Assembly (NCBI GenBank): GCA_963666345.1
Contig: OY762721.1
Location: 2,944,001-3,008,000, forward strand
DNA from: Desulfatiglandales bacterium
GTDB lineage: Bacteria > Desulfobacterota > DSM-4660 > Desulfatiglandales > Desulfatiglandaceae
DNA: 64,000 nucleotides
Direction: 5' to 3'
The notes below the pieces were generated by a model. It ran no database searches, was not told where the DNA came from, and worked only from the letters and a program-made list of their open reading frames with translations. The translations under genes and the position numbers were made by a program. Of this stretch, positions 18,335-28,462 are shown one piece after another (the first letter of the stretch is position 1; every line of letters starts with the position of its first letter).

Positions 18335-20422
18335 GTGACGGGAGAGCAACCGGAAGGATGTCAAAGTTTGAACACAGAACCACACAAGGACTCACCTCTT
18401 TTCCTTCGCAACAGCCATTTGCGAATCCTTTTTTTCGGCGGCAAAGGCGGTGTCGGCAAGACAACGTGCGCTACGGCCACGGTGCTCAGACTGGCCAAGC
18501 GCACCGCGGAAGCCTCCTTTCTCTTAGTCTCGACAGATCCGGCCCATTCTCTGGCCGATAGCCTGGCCGACACCACCCTTCCTTGCAATTTAAACGTTAT
18601 CGAACTCGACGCAGGAAAATCCCTAACCGCTTTCAAGAAAAACCACACCCGGAAACTCAGGGAGATTGCATCCCGCGGAACTTTCTTTGACGGAGAAGAT
18701 ATCAATGAGATCCTGGACCTCTCCCTGCCGGGCATGGACGAGCTGATGGCCTTTCTCGAGATCGCGGGGTGGGTGGAAAATGAGACGTATGACTGCATTG
18801 TGGTGGATACCGCTCCAACGGGACACACTCTCAGACTGCTGGCCATGCCGGCGTTGATCAAAAGGTGGCTTGATGCGCTGGATGCGCTGTTAGCCAAGCA
18901 TCGTTATATGAAGAAGCTGTTCAGCGGTTCTTATCGGCCTGATGATCTGGATAAATTCCTGTCCGGGATGGCCGGTTCGGTCAAACAGATGGAGGCGCTG
19001 CTGCAGGATCCGGAACGATGCTGTTTTGTTCCCGTTATGCTTGCCGAAGCCTTGAGCGTCACAGAGACCTCGAGGCTGTTGGAGGGATTGAAACAATCAA
19101 AGATACCGGTCACCGATATCGTGGTGAACAGGCTTTACCCGGAAAGTATTTGTATGGTTTGTTCGGACCGGCACATCCGACAGATGGGAGAGCTCGGTCA
19201 ACTTGAAAAGAAAATATCCGCTTATTCCCTATGGGGAATTCAACAATACCCGGAAGAAATTCGCGGTCCGGCTCCTCTCGAGGTATTCTGGGATGGACTT
19301 GTTGCATTGAACAATCAACCCCGGTTGAATATTCTAAAGATTCAACGGGGCAAGCAATCAGCAATCCATGGCCCAGACCTGGCCGGCCCAGATCCTGCGG
19401 TCAAGGGAAGTACATGGAGAACCAACAGAAGTAAAAGCATGCTCAGAGCATGTCGCGCCAGGGCGGGCATCAATCGCCAATCAACAATCGCCAATCAACA
19501 ATCCAAACCGCCTGTTCCTGAAAAGAGGCTCCTGGTTTTTGCCGGAAAGGGGGGAGTTGGAAAGACCACCCTGGCCTGTGCCACGGCAGTCAGGATGGCC
19601 CGGACATTTCCGGATAAGGGGGTTTTTCTATTCTCTACGGATCCGGCCCATTCCCTGTCGGACTGTCTAAGGAAACGGATCGGACCGGAGCCGACAGAGC
19701 TTATTCCCGGACTGACAGCCATGGAGATCGACGCACAGGCAGAGTTCGATGGCTTGAAAAAAAAGTATGCGGCAGAACTGGAGAGGTTTCTTGTCGCCCT
19801 CTCGCCCGATCTTGATCTGACATTTGATCGCGAAGTGATGGAACGCGTCATGGATCTCTCTCCCCCCGGCCTGGATGAAGTGATGGCCCTCACCCTAGCC
19901 ATGGGTTTTCTCGCCGAGGATCAATACCAGGTCTTCGTGCTCGATTCGGCCCCGACTGGGCACCTGATCCGGCTTTTGGAAACCCCGGAGCTCATTCAGC
20001 AGTGGCTCAAGATGTTTTTCAACCTTTTTCTGAAGTATAAGCGCGTTTTTCGGCTTCCCGGGGTCTCGGAGCAAATGATCCGGATATCAAAAGATCTCAA
20101 ACGCCTGCTTGCCCTGTTAAAGGATTTCGACCGGTCGGCGCTATATGCGGTGACCATACTGACGGAGATGGCATTTCAGGAGACAGCGGACCTGGTGGCT
20201 GCCTGCCTGCGAATGGGGATAAATGTGCCGACGCTTTTTCTCAATCTTGCCACACCGGTCAGTGAGTGCCCTCTTTGCTCGGCCCTTTACCGGAACGAGG
20301 AGCAGATCAGAAAAAAGTTTGAGCGAACCTTTCCCGGAAAGTCCCAGGTCCTGGTCCATTACATGGGGGAAACGCGGGGCATGCAGCGAATCGAGGCGCT
20401 GGGAGATGAGATTTATGATTGA
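18335..20422 (+). CDS. ArsA/GET3-family tandem ATPase of the gas vesicle cluster
   Basis: Two GKGGVGKTT / STDPAHSL / D(T/S)APTGH modules; no ars genes nearby. Confidence 0.93.
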   Translation: MTGEQPEGCQSLNTEPHKDSPLFLRNSHLRILFFGGKGGVGKTTCATATVLRLAKRTAEASFLLVSTDPAHSLADSLADTTLPCNLNVIELDAGKSLTAFKKNHTRKLREIASRGTFFDGEDINEILDLSLPGMDELMAFLEIAGWVENETYDCIVVDTAPTGHTLRLLAMPALIKRWLDALDALLAKHRYMKKLFSGSYRPDDLDKFLSGMAGSVKQMEALLQDPERCCFVPVMLAEALSVTETSRLLEGLKQSKIPVTDIVVNRLYPESICMVCSDRHIRQMGELGQLEKKISAYSLWGIQQYPEEIRGPAPLEVFWDGLVALNNQPRLNILKIQRGKQSAIHGPDLAGPDPAVKGSTWRTNRSKSMLRACRARAGINRQSTIANQQSKPPVPEKRLLVFAGKGGVGKTTLACATAVRMARTFPDKGVFLFSTDPAHSLSDCLRKRIGPEPTELIPGLTAMEIDAQAEFDGLKKKYAAELERFLVALSPDLDLTFDREVMERVMDLSPPGLDEVMALTLAMGFLAEDQYQVFVLDSAPTGHLIRLLETPELIQQWLKMFFNLFLKYKRVFRLPGVSEQMIRISKDLKRLLALLKDFDRSALYAVTILTEMAFQETADLVAACLRMGINVPTLFLNLATPVSECPLCSALYRNEEQIRKKFERTFPGKSQVLVHYMGETRGMQRIEALGDEIYD
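19369..19470 (+). repeat. 102-bp constant-end element, copy 1 (in-frame in ArsA linker)
   Basis: Ends TGGCCCAGACCTGGC / GTCGCGCCAGGGCGGGCAT match reverse complement of 27962-28063. Confidence 0.85.
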
Positions 20423-20441
20423 TGATTGGAGGAAATAAATT

Positions 20442-20705
20442 ATGGCTGATTTTTCCATCGAGGAAACGGAACATATCTCTCTTTGCGAGACCCTGGATCG
20501 CATTCTCAACAAAGGCGCCGTTATTTTCGGTGAAGTGGTGATTTCCGTTGCCAATGTGGATTTGATCTACATTGCCTTGCAGGTGCTGGTTGGTTCAGTC
20601 GAAACGGTGCGGGGGGAAATGCCGATAAGTGGTTCTAATCCTCCTCCCATAAGACTTGGGATCAGGGCAGACAATGTCGGCAAATTAGAGATTGGCGATT
20701 GTTGA
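20442..20705 (+). CDS. GvpA/GvpJ-family minor gas vesicle protein
   Basis: SLCETLDRILNKGAVIFGEVVISVANVDLIYI. Confidence 0.9.
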   Translation: MADFSIEETEHISLCETLDRILNKGAVIFGEVVISVANVDLIYIALQVLVGSVETVRGEMPISGSNPPPIRLGIRADNVGKLEIGDC

Positions 20706-20788
20706 TTGGCGATTTACGATTGAATCCGGTTTTGAGTTTTTCAATCAACAATCCAGAAGTCATCAATCCAAAGGAGGACGTTGGTAAA

Positions 20789-21184
20789 ATGATCAATCAT
20801 CAATCATCAATCATCAATCATCAATCAAAAAAGGTTGAATCCGAAACCCTCAGCGATTTTGCCAGAGTCATGGGTAAGGACACCGTGCAGGCTCAATCGC
20901 ATTGCGAAGTGAACGACCGTCGCGCCCGGATCGAACTTGATCCGGAAAAGGCAAAAAACGGGCTCGGTCAACTGGTGCTCACCCTAATGAAAGTCATTCA
21001 CGAACTCCTGGAACTTCAGGCGATCCGTCGAATCGACGCGGGGTCACTCATGGATGAAGAGGTTGAAAACATCGGGATGACTTTGATGAAGCAGGCCGAG
21101 GAGATTGACAGGCTCAGAAAAGAGTTCAACCTGGAGGAGGATGATCTCAATATTGACTTGGGGCCACTGGGGAAACTCTTATAA
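20789..21184 (+). CDS. gvpK: Gas vesicle protein GvpK (repeat-derived N-terminus; start uncertain)
   Basis: GLGQLVLTL..ELLELQAIRR..G.L..EEVE..G..LM...DLNIDLGPLGKLL. Confidence 0.93.
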   Translation: MINHQSSIINHQSKKVESETLSDFARVMGKDTVQAQSHCEVNDRRARIELDPEKAKNGLGQLVLTLMKVIHELLELQAIRRIDAGSLMDEEVENIGMTLMKQAEEIDRLRKEFNLEEDDLNIDLGPLGKLL

Positions 21185-21636
21185 TTGTTGATTGACGATT
21201 GTTGATTGATGATTGAAAGAAACAAATCTTATTTAAGAGGAGGATATGGAGTTAGATCCTGAAGAATTGAAAAAAAGGACAAAAGATTTCGCTCATAGGT
21301 GTGTAAAGCTTGCTATTTCATTGCCACGAACCACACTGGGAAAGCACATTGAATCTCAGTTAATCAGGTGTTCGACATCTGTAGCATCAAATTATCGAGC
21401 CAGTATTCATGCCCAGTCAAAAGCTGCATTTATAGCGAAAATAAGTATTGTAATTGAAGAATCAGACGAATCTGAGCTTTGGTTGGAATTCGTGATGGAT
21501 GAAAAGCTAATGGAAAGAAAGAAGGTTTTGCCGCTTTTCAATGAAGCACATGAACTATCTTCCATTTTTATAACCACAAGAAGGACAGCTCAGAAAAAGA
21601 AAAAAATCAACAATCATAAATCATAAATCAACAATC
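21183..21636. mobile_element. Four-helix-bundle cassette 2 bracketed by inverted heptamer arrays
   Basis: Left AATTGTT GATTGAC GATTGTT GATTGAT GATTGAA (21183-21217); right AAAAATC AACAATC ATAAATC ATAAATC AACAATC (21602-21636); mobility is inferred. Confidence 0.6.
21246..21626 (+). CDS. Four helix bundle protein (23S rRNA IVP family, second subfamily)
   Basis: LKKRTKDFA..QLIRCSTSVASNYRA..AQSKAAFIAKISIVIEESDESELWLE. Confidence 0.92.
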   Translation: MELDPEELKKRTKDFAHRCVKLAISLPRTTLGKHIESQLIRCSTSVASNYRASIHAQSKAAFIAKISIVIEESDESELWLEFVMDEKLMERKKVLPLFNEAHELSSIFITTRRTAQKKKKINNHKS

Positions 21637-21654
21637 AAAACCGGAGGTTTTCAT

Positions 21655-21984
21655 ATGGCCATTCAACGTGCAGCACAGCATTCCATCGCGAGCACCAACC
21701 TTGCCGATTTGCTCGAACGTATTTTGGACAAGGGGATCGTGATAGCGGGGGATATCAAGATCAGCCTGGTCGACGTCGAACTGCTGACCATCCAGCTTCG
21801 CCTGGTCATATGTTCCGTGGATAAGGCCAGGGAGATGGGCATGGACTGGTGGGTAAATAACCCCTGCTTCACCCGGGGGGCAAAAAATGATCAAGTCGTT
21901 GATTCCCTTGAAAGGATCGAGAAAAGACTCGAAAGACTGGAATCTTCCCCTTTGAAAGAATCCGGAAGTGATTCAGCACCTTAA
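21655..21984 (+). CDS. gvpJ: Gas vesicle protein GvpJ-like
   Basis: [51 protein letters not shown]. Confidence 0.9.
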   Translation: MAIQRAAQHSIASTNLADLLERILDKGIVIAGDIKISLVDVELLTIQLRLVICSVDKAREMGMDWWVNNPCFTRGAKNDQVVDSLERIEKRLERLESSPLKESGSDSAP

Positions 21985-22072
21985 GCCCGCGGTTTCCATT
22001 TGCGAAATTAAGCGTTGGATACATGGTTTTCGCCCGCAAGGGCAAAGCGACTGAAGACGAGGAGGTCGAATT

Positions 22073-22321
22073 ATGGGTCGGATTACTGACGTTTTGAATT
22101 ATCGACTGAAGAATAAAGGGTTTGAGCCAGTTGCGATCCCCAGGTTTATAAAGGATGTGGTCCATGCCGTTTCCGTTAATCACCAAATCGGACTGACGGA
22201 GATGAATAGACGATTGTGCCTGTTAGGCTGGGACCCCATCGAATTGGATCACCACACGCTGCAATTGATCATCGCGAGCAATGAAAAGGATTCGGTCCTC
22301 CCGGAGAGAATGTTGACTTAA
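22073..22321 (+). CDS. Small hypothetical protein
   Basis: GAGGAGG RBS, 82 aa, IPRFIKDV / LGWD motif. Confidence 0.6.
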   Translation: MGRITDVLNYRLKNKGFEPVAIPRFIKDVVHAVSVNHQIGLTEMNRRLCLLGWDPIELDHHTLQLIIASNEKDSVLPERMLT

Positions 22322-23255
22322 TATTGGTCCGGTATTCATTGTGATGAAGAAAAAGAGGTATTATGGCGGCAGTCATCAAACACTATTTGAATCCTTTGCA
22401 TATCTATTGCCGGTTGAGGAACATAGGAATCCGAAAAACCATGGCAATATCACCCTGCCGTTGTTATGAGCGGGTCCTTTTCAAGCGTTTTTTAAAATAG
22501 AAAAGGGGAGAGGAAGGGAAGATTTCCAGGTGATGTGAAGGCCGGATCCTTAAGAGGAAGATCAAGACGGAGATGACATATCCGAAAAGGGAGCTTGAAA
22601 AACAAAAAAGTATGGAAGGTGTGGCATAATTATCAACGCACCGGTACGGTATGGGTATTTTTGGACAAGAAAGGTATTAGGAATGGCTGAAAAACCTGCC
22701 TATGAAGAATTGAAGCAAAGGCTTAAGGAGTTAGAGAAAACAGCCCTTAGGTGCAAGCGGGCAGAGGAGGACGAAAAGGATAAGCTGCAGGCGCAGTTGG
22801 TAAACGCCTTGGAAATGGCCCATTTAGGCCGATGGGAATATGATGTCGCCAATGACCTCTTCACGTTCAATGACCATTTCTACAAAATATTTCGCACCAC
22901 AGCCAAGCAAATCGGCGGGTATACGATGTCATCGGCTGAATACGCCCGTCGCTTTGTCCATCCTGACAATATGACTGTTGTCGAAGAAGAAAATCGAAAG
23001 GCGATTGAAGCAACCGATCCCAACTTTAGCCGGCAACTGGAACACCGCATACTTTATGACGACGGTACCATAGGACATATTTCCGTTCGGTTTTTCATCG
23101 TCAAGGACGCCCAAGGCCTTACAGTCAGTACCTATGGAGTGAATCAGGATATCACAGACCGCAAGAGGATGGAGGAGGCGTTGCGGAAGAGCGAGGAACA
23201 CTACCGCAGCATTTTCGAGGATTCGAGAGATGCAGTCTATATTACCACTCGAGAT

Positions 23256-24531
23256 CAATACTGTCCGGTTAACAAATGTCTAATTTAAGCTGAGCTGAAC
23301 AGCTACCCTTATTTGAAATAGCAGGTGGCGGTTCAAATAGCTCCCTTAAGGAACAACTCCTAAAAAGATTGAGTTGCAGAATCCTAAGAAGATTCTGCAG
23401 GCTGACTTTAATGCGAAATAATAATTTCAGGTAACACAGTAGAAGATACGCGATTAATGCAACATAAATCTGTGAGAGGACCGCGTTTTTAGAATTGCCT
23501 ATGAAAGCCTTGATTTTAAGGTTCTGTTTGATCCAGCGGAAGAATATCTCTATTTTCCATCGCTCTTTGTAGATATCGGCAATTGTTTTTGCAGCCAGCT
23601 TGAAGTTATTGGTAATAAATACATAGTGATGTCCCGTTTGGGGGTCACGATAGCCTATCCTCCTTAATTGATAAGGGCACTGTTGTATTCCTTTTACACC
23701 GTTAAGCAAGATGGTCTGATCTGATGTCAAGCCCTGCTTTTTTTTAATCTCACGGCGTTCAGTGACCCTGTAAACGGCATTACGCTTTTGTCTTGTGACA
23801 AAAAACAGGTTGTTTTTCTCAAGGGATGCAAACCAGCTGTAATCGGTGTAAGCCCGATCAGCAACCACAATGGAGCCTTTGGGCAATCTAAGACATCGAG
23901 CGATCTCTATCTCATGTGTTTTAGCCTCTGAGATGGAGACAAAACTGGGTAGATAGCCATCATGATCCAACACGGTGTGCAGCTTAATGCCCGCCTTGGT
24001 CCTTCTGAAGGATGCCCAGGGAAATACACTGAGGCATAGATCGATCACAGAGGCATCCATACTGTAGAGTTTGTTTTTAAACTTAAATTTATGCTTAGGG
24101 GCGATACCGGAGCATTTACGATACATACGGTAAAATAAAGCCTCATAGAAAGAGGCTGGGCGGTTGTTGTTGGCATCGGAAAAGGTTGAGCGGGCAACGG
24201 GCGTGGCTCCCAGGTGATAAAGGCTGCTGGATCTGGCCTTTAAGCTTTGGATACCGTCTCTGAGGCTTACTCTGGAGGTCAGTTGCATAAACATCAGATG
24301 GACGAACTGATTCCATCGGCTAAAGGAGCGGGGTTTTCTGCCTGTGCCGTGCTGATTTTCAAGGGTTGAAAAAACATGTCTTGGTATAATTTTAAGCATA
24401 GAATTAAAAAGTGTGGTATGATGAGCCATAGTCCGGATTCTCCTTTCTGTTTAGTGTGTTATGGCTAACATCATTATAACAGATTACGCGGAGAGTTCGG
24501 ACTTTTTTTATCCCTTAACCGGACACTATTG
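23256..24531 (-). mobile_element. IS4-family insertion sequence, 1276 bp
   Basis: 17-bp IRs CAATA(C/G)TGTCCGGTTAA (16/17), 9-bp TSD ACTCGAGAT at 23247-23255 and 24532-24540. Confidence 0.96.
23269..24429 (-). CDS. IS4-family DDE transposase
   Basis: MDASVI, VADRAY, YKERWKIEIFFRWIKQNL (YREK motif). Confidence 0.96.
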   Translation of the reverse strand: MAHHTTLFNSMLKIIPRHVFSTLENQHGTGRKPRSFSRWNQFVHLMFMQLTSRVSLRDGIQSLKARSSSLYHLGATPVARSTFSDANNNRPASFYEALFYRMYRKCSGIAPKHKFKFKNKLYSMDASVIDLCLSVFPWASFRRTKAGIKLHTVLDHDGYLPSFVSISEAKTHEIEIARCLRLPKGSIVVADRAYTDYSWFASLEKNNLFFVTRQKRNAVYRVTERREIKKKQGLTSDQTILLNGVKGIQQCPYQLRRIGYRDPQTGHHYVFITNNFKLAAKTIADIYKERWKIEIFFRWIKQNLKIKAFIGNSKNAVLSQIYVALIAYLLLCYLKLLFRIKVSLQNLLRILQLNLFRSCSLRELFEPPPAISNKGSCSAQLKLDIC

Positions 24532-26269
24532 ACTCGAGATGGTAAGTTTATTGACGCAAACCAATCTGCACTTGATCTCTTTGGCTATAGTAGAGAAGAG
24601 ATGGCATCGGTGAATGCCCTTCAACTATATATGCATCCTGTTGATGCAAGCAGGTTTCAGAAGGAGATAGAGGAAAAGGGATTTTTGAGCGACTATGAAG
24701 TAACGTTCCGTAAGAAAGATGGTACGGAGATAAACAGTTTGTTTAGTACGACTCTCCGACGAGCAAATGATGGAAGCATTCTGGCATACCAGGGCATTAT
24801 ACGTGATATGACTGAGCACAAGAAACTTGAAGCCCAGTTCATCCAGTCCCAGAAGCTGGAGGCCATAGGCAATCTGACAGGGGGGATTGCCCACGACTTC
24901 AACAATCTCTTGACCGCCATCATCGGAAATGCCGATCTGGCGATCGGAGATGCGGGGAAGGATTCGCCCCTCTATGAGTTATTAGAAGAGATCAGGGAGG
25001 CAGGGGCAAGGGCGGCAGGGCTCACCAGGCAGCTCCTGGCCTTCAGCCGGAAGCAGGCCCTTCAACCCGAAGTGGTGAACCTCAATGAGGCGCTGGGTAA
25101 TATGGACAGGATGCTGCGGCGTCTCATCCGGGAGGATATTGAAGTGGAAACCCTCTTGAGGCCTGATTTGGGACGGGTCGAGGCGGACGTCGGGCAGTTG
25201 GAGCAGATCCTCATGAACCTGGCGGTCAATGCCGGAGATGCCATGCCCGATGGAGGAAAGCTGACTGTTGAGACAGGTAACGTGGATCTGGATGAAGGTT
25301 ATGCCCGGAACCACATCGCCGTGATGCCGGGTCCTTATGTGATGTTAGCCGTGAGCGACACGGGCATCGGAATGACGAAGGAGGTACAGGATCGTCTCTT
25401 TGAGCCCTTTTTCACCACCAAGGAGAAGGGGAAAGGAACGGGTCTGGGGCTCTCCACCGTGTACGGGATCGTCAAGCAGAGTAAAGGCAACATCTGGGTC
25501 TACAGTGAGCCGGGCAAAGGGAGCACCTTCAAAATCTACCTCCCCAGGATAGAAGAGACGGTTTGTATCATTGGGAAAGCAGAGAAAAAGGGAGTATCCC
25601 TTCAGGGTTCGGAAACCATCCTGGTGGTTGAAGATGACGACATGGTCAGGAATTTGGCACTCAAGGCCCTGAAGCAGTACGGGTACAAGGTCCTGTGCGC
25701 CGGGGACGGTCAGGATGCCTTTCATGTGTGCCGGGAACACAAGGAACCGGTTCACTTGATGTTGACAGACGTGGTCATGCCGGGGATGGGCGGCATAGAA
25801 CTGGCGAAGAGTCTGGAAAAACTGCGGCCTGAGATAAAGGTCCTTTTCATGTCGGGCTACACTGACAGTGCTATCTCTCACCATGGGATTTTAGCGCCAC
25901 ATGTTAATTTTATTGAAAAACCTTTTTTACCGGAGACTCTTGCAGGCAAAGTGCGCAAAGTTCTTGATGCCGGTCGGAGCGGAGCGTAGATCCCGCTGAA
26001 AGCGGGGATGAGGCCAAAGCTACCGACCCATGATTAATTATCCTTATTTGTAAGTTTTTTAGGTTCTTGTTTTTATTCGATAAATGACGACTATCTTCGC
26101 TGCATCCTCTATCGAATACAGTATTCGATAGTTTCCGACACGAATGCGATAATCATCTTTTTCGGTGAGCTTTTTAGAAGATTGAGGTCTATGGTTGACG
26201 GGCAGAGCGAGATTTTTTTGTCGATCGCAATGCGATCTTTCGGGGGATTGGGAGAAGAGGGGGAAGAGA

Positions 26270-27962
26270 ATGGATGCGAAGGAATTAAAAGCGAAGGAAA
26301 ATCAGGGAGATTTTGAACTCAGGCAAGGAGCCGAGGAAAAACTGAAAGAAGCGTCCAGACGTAGCGAAGATCTCTCCGGAGTGTCGCCCGAAAAAATGGC
26401 ACATCTCATCCACGACCTTCAGGTTCATCAGATTGAGTTGGAAATGCAGAACGATGAACTCCGGCGTATCCAGGGTGAACTTGAGAGGACGCGGGACAGG
26501 TATTCTGATCTGTATGACTTTTCGCCGGTCGGGCATTTTACAATGAGTGAAACGGAGATTATCGAAGAGGCCAATCTCACTATCTCTTCCATGTTAGGCA
26601 TAGAACGCAGCGCCTTGATCGGAAAATCCTTTACCCGTTTTGTTCTGAGAGAAGACCAGGACATTTTCTATAAACAACGGCAGCGCCTTCTGGAAACAGA
26701 GACACCCCGGTCCTGCGAGATACGTCTTGTAAGAAATGAAGGTCATGAGTTTCATGCCCGTATTGAATGCATGGTCATAAAAAACAGGGGTGGCGATCTA
26801 AGGCAGATCAGGGCGGCGGTCAGCGATATCTCCGACGTCAAGAGAATGGAAGAGGAGCTTTTAAGGTCCCAAAAACTTGAATCGGTAGGGTTGCTTGCAG
26901 GGGGCATCGCCCATGATTTCAACAATATCCTGACAGCGATTATAGGTAATGTTTCCATGGCCAAGATGCAGGTGAGGCCGGAGGATGAGATGTTTGACCT
27001 GTTAAGTGGCGCAGAGACTGACCGGACAGTTGGTGACCTTTGCCAGAGGGGGAGCGCCGGTAAAGGAGACCGCTTCAATCAAAGATGTTATCAGGGAATC
27101 ATCCCTCCTTGTTTTGCGAGGTTCAAAAACCAGGTGCGATTTTTCCTTAGCTGAAGACCTCTGGCCGGCTGAGGTTGACGTCGGGCAGATGAGCCAGGGC
27201 ATCAATAATATTGTTTTCAATGCAGACCGGGCCATGCCGGAAGGGGGAATCATTCAGGTTGCTGCAGAAAATCTAATAATAGGTGACGGACATGGGGTGC
27301 CCCTCAGGCCGGGCAGATACATCAAAATATCCATCACGGATCATGGGGTTGGCATAGCCGAAAAATATCTTTCAAAGGTATTTGATCCTTATTTTACGAC
27401 AAAGCAGGAAGGGAACGGTCTCGGGCTTGCCATGACCTATTCCATCATCAGGAAACACGATGGGCACATCACGGTGGAATCCCAGTTGGGGGTTGGGACC
27501 GCATTTCACATCTATTTGCCTGCTTCCGATAAAGCAGTCCCAGAAAAAGAGGAAGTTAAGATAATAAAAGGCCAAGGCAGGATTCTGGTGATGGATGATG
27601 AAGCGTCGTTACGGAAAATGGTCGGGAGGATGCTGAAAAACCTTGGCTATGAGTCAGAATTTGCAAAGGACGGTGCTGAAACGATTGAGATGTACAAGGA
27701 AGCCAAAGAAGCTGAAAAGCCTTATGATGCCGTCATTCTGGATTTGACCATTCCCGGCGGAATGGGCGGCAAAGAAGCGATTAACAAATTACTTGAGATT
27801 GATCCTGAAGTAAAAGCTATTGTCTCAAGCGGATACTCCGATGACTCGGTCTTGGCGAATCTCCAGGAATATGGTTTTAAAGGTACGATGCCCAAACCAT
27901 TTGAATCCCGATCACTGAGCAAAGTGTTACATGAAGTGCTCGAGGGGAAAGGGAAGTATTGA
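26270..27962 (+). pseudogene. PAS-HK-REC hybrid kinase with frameshift near 27011-27017
   Basis: H-box in one frame, AQRLTGQLVTF onward in another; several HisKA residues missing at the junction. Confidence 0.85.
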
Positions 27963-28063
27963 TGCCTGCCCTGGCGCGACTCCGCCGAAATTTGTTTGTT
28001 TCGTGATAAGTATTTAGAATTAGAGTCCCGGACGTCACGTTCATTAAAGCCAGGTCTGGGCCA
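27962..28063 (-). repeat. 102-bp constant-end element, copy 2
   Basis: Same ends and length as 19369-19470 in opposite orientation, followed by GATTGGT GATTGAG heptamers. Confidence 0.85.
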
Positions 28064-28462
28064 GGGATTGGTGATTGAGAAGAATTGAACCCTGGAGAAC
28101 TGAAAGAGCGAAAAGATGGGAAAATTTGTCAGACGGAGAATTCATTATTCTGAAATTCAAGGATCATTATCCGAAATAAGATTTAAGAATACCTTAACTA
28201 TACTGAATTTTTAGCAAAGTCATACTTATGCAAGCAATGTTAAAACTATCACACTTTTGAACATTATCAATCCCTTTGACATCCGCAATATATCCAGTCA
28301 TAAAAAAATTACGCTGATGATCGGGGAGAATTAACCACGCTTTTCGCCCCGAATATATTGTGGGATTGCAGGAGATGGTCACGTGAGAGAATGAGATAAT
28401 CGCCTTTTGAAACCTTCTGCGACTTGTGACAGCAAAATACCGCTATTTTGAAAGGAGAAATC

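Larger units (their letters stand above)
22683..25989 (+). pseudogene. PAS-PAS-HK-REC hybrid kinase interrupted by an IS
   Basis: Removing the IS and one TSD joins YITTRD (23255) in frame to GKFIDAN (24541), about 673 aa. Confidence 0.93.

Noticed and set aside
18335..20422. Arsenic resistance operon
   Set aside because: No arsB/acr3/arsC/arsR/arsD; ArsA-family ATPases occur in gvp clusters
9886..21636. CRISPR array interpretation of the short repeats
   Set aside because: Units are contiguous degenerate 7-mers without spacers; no cas genes
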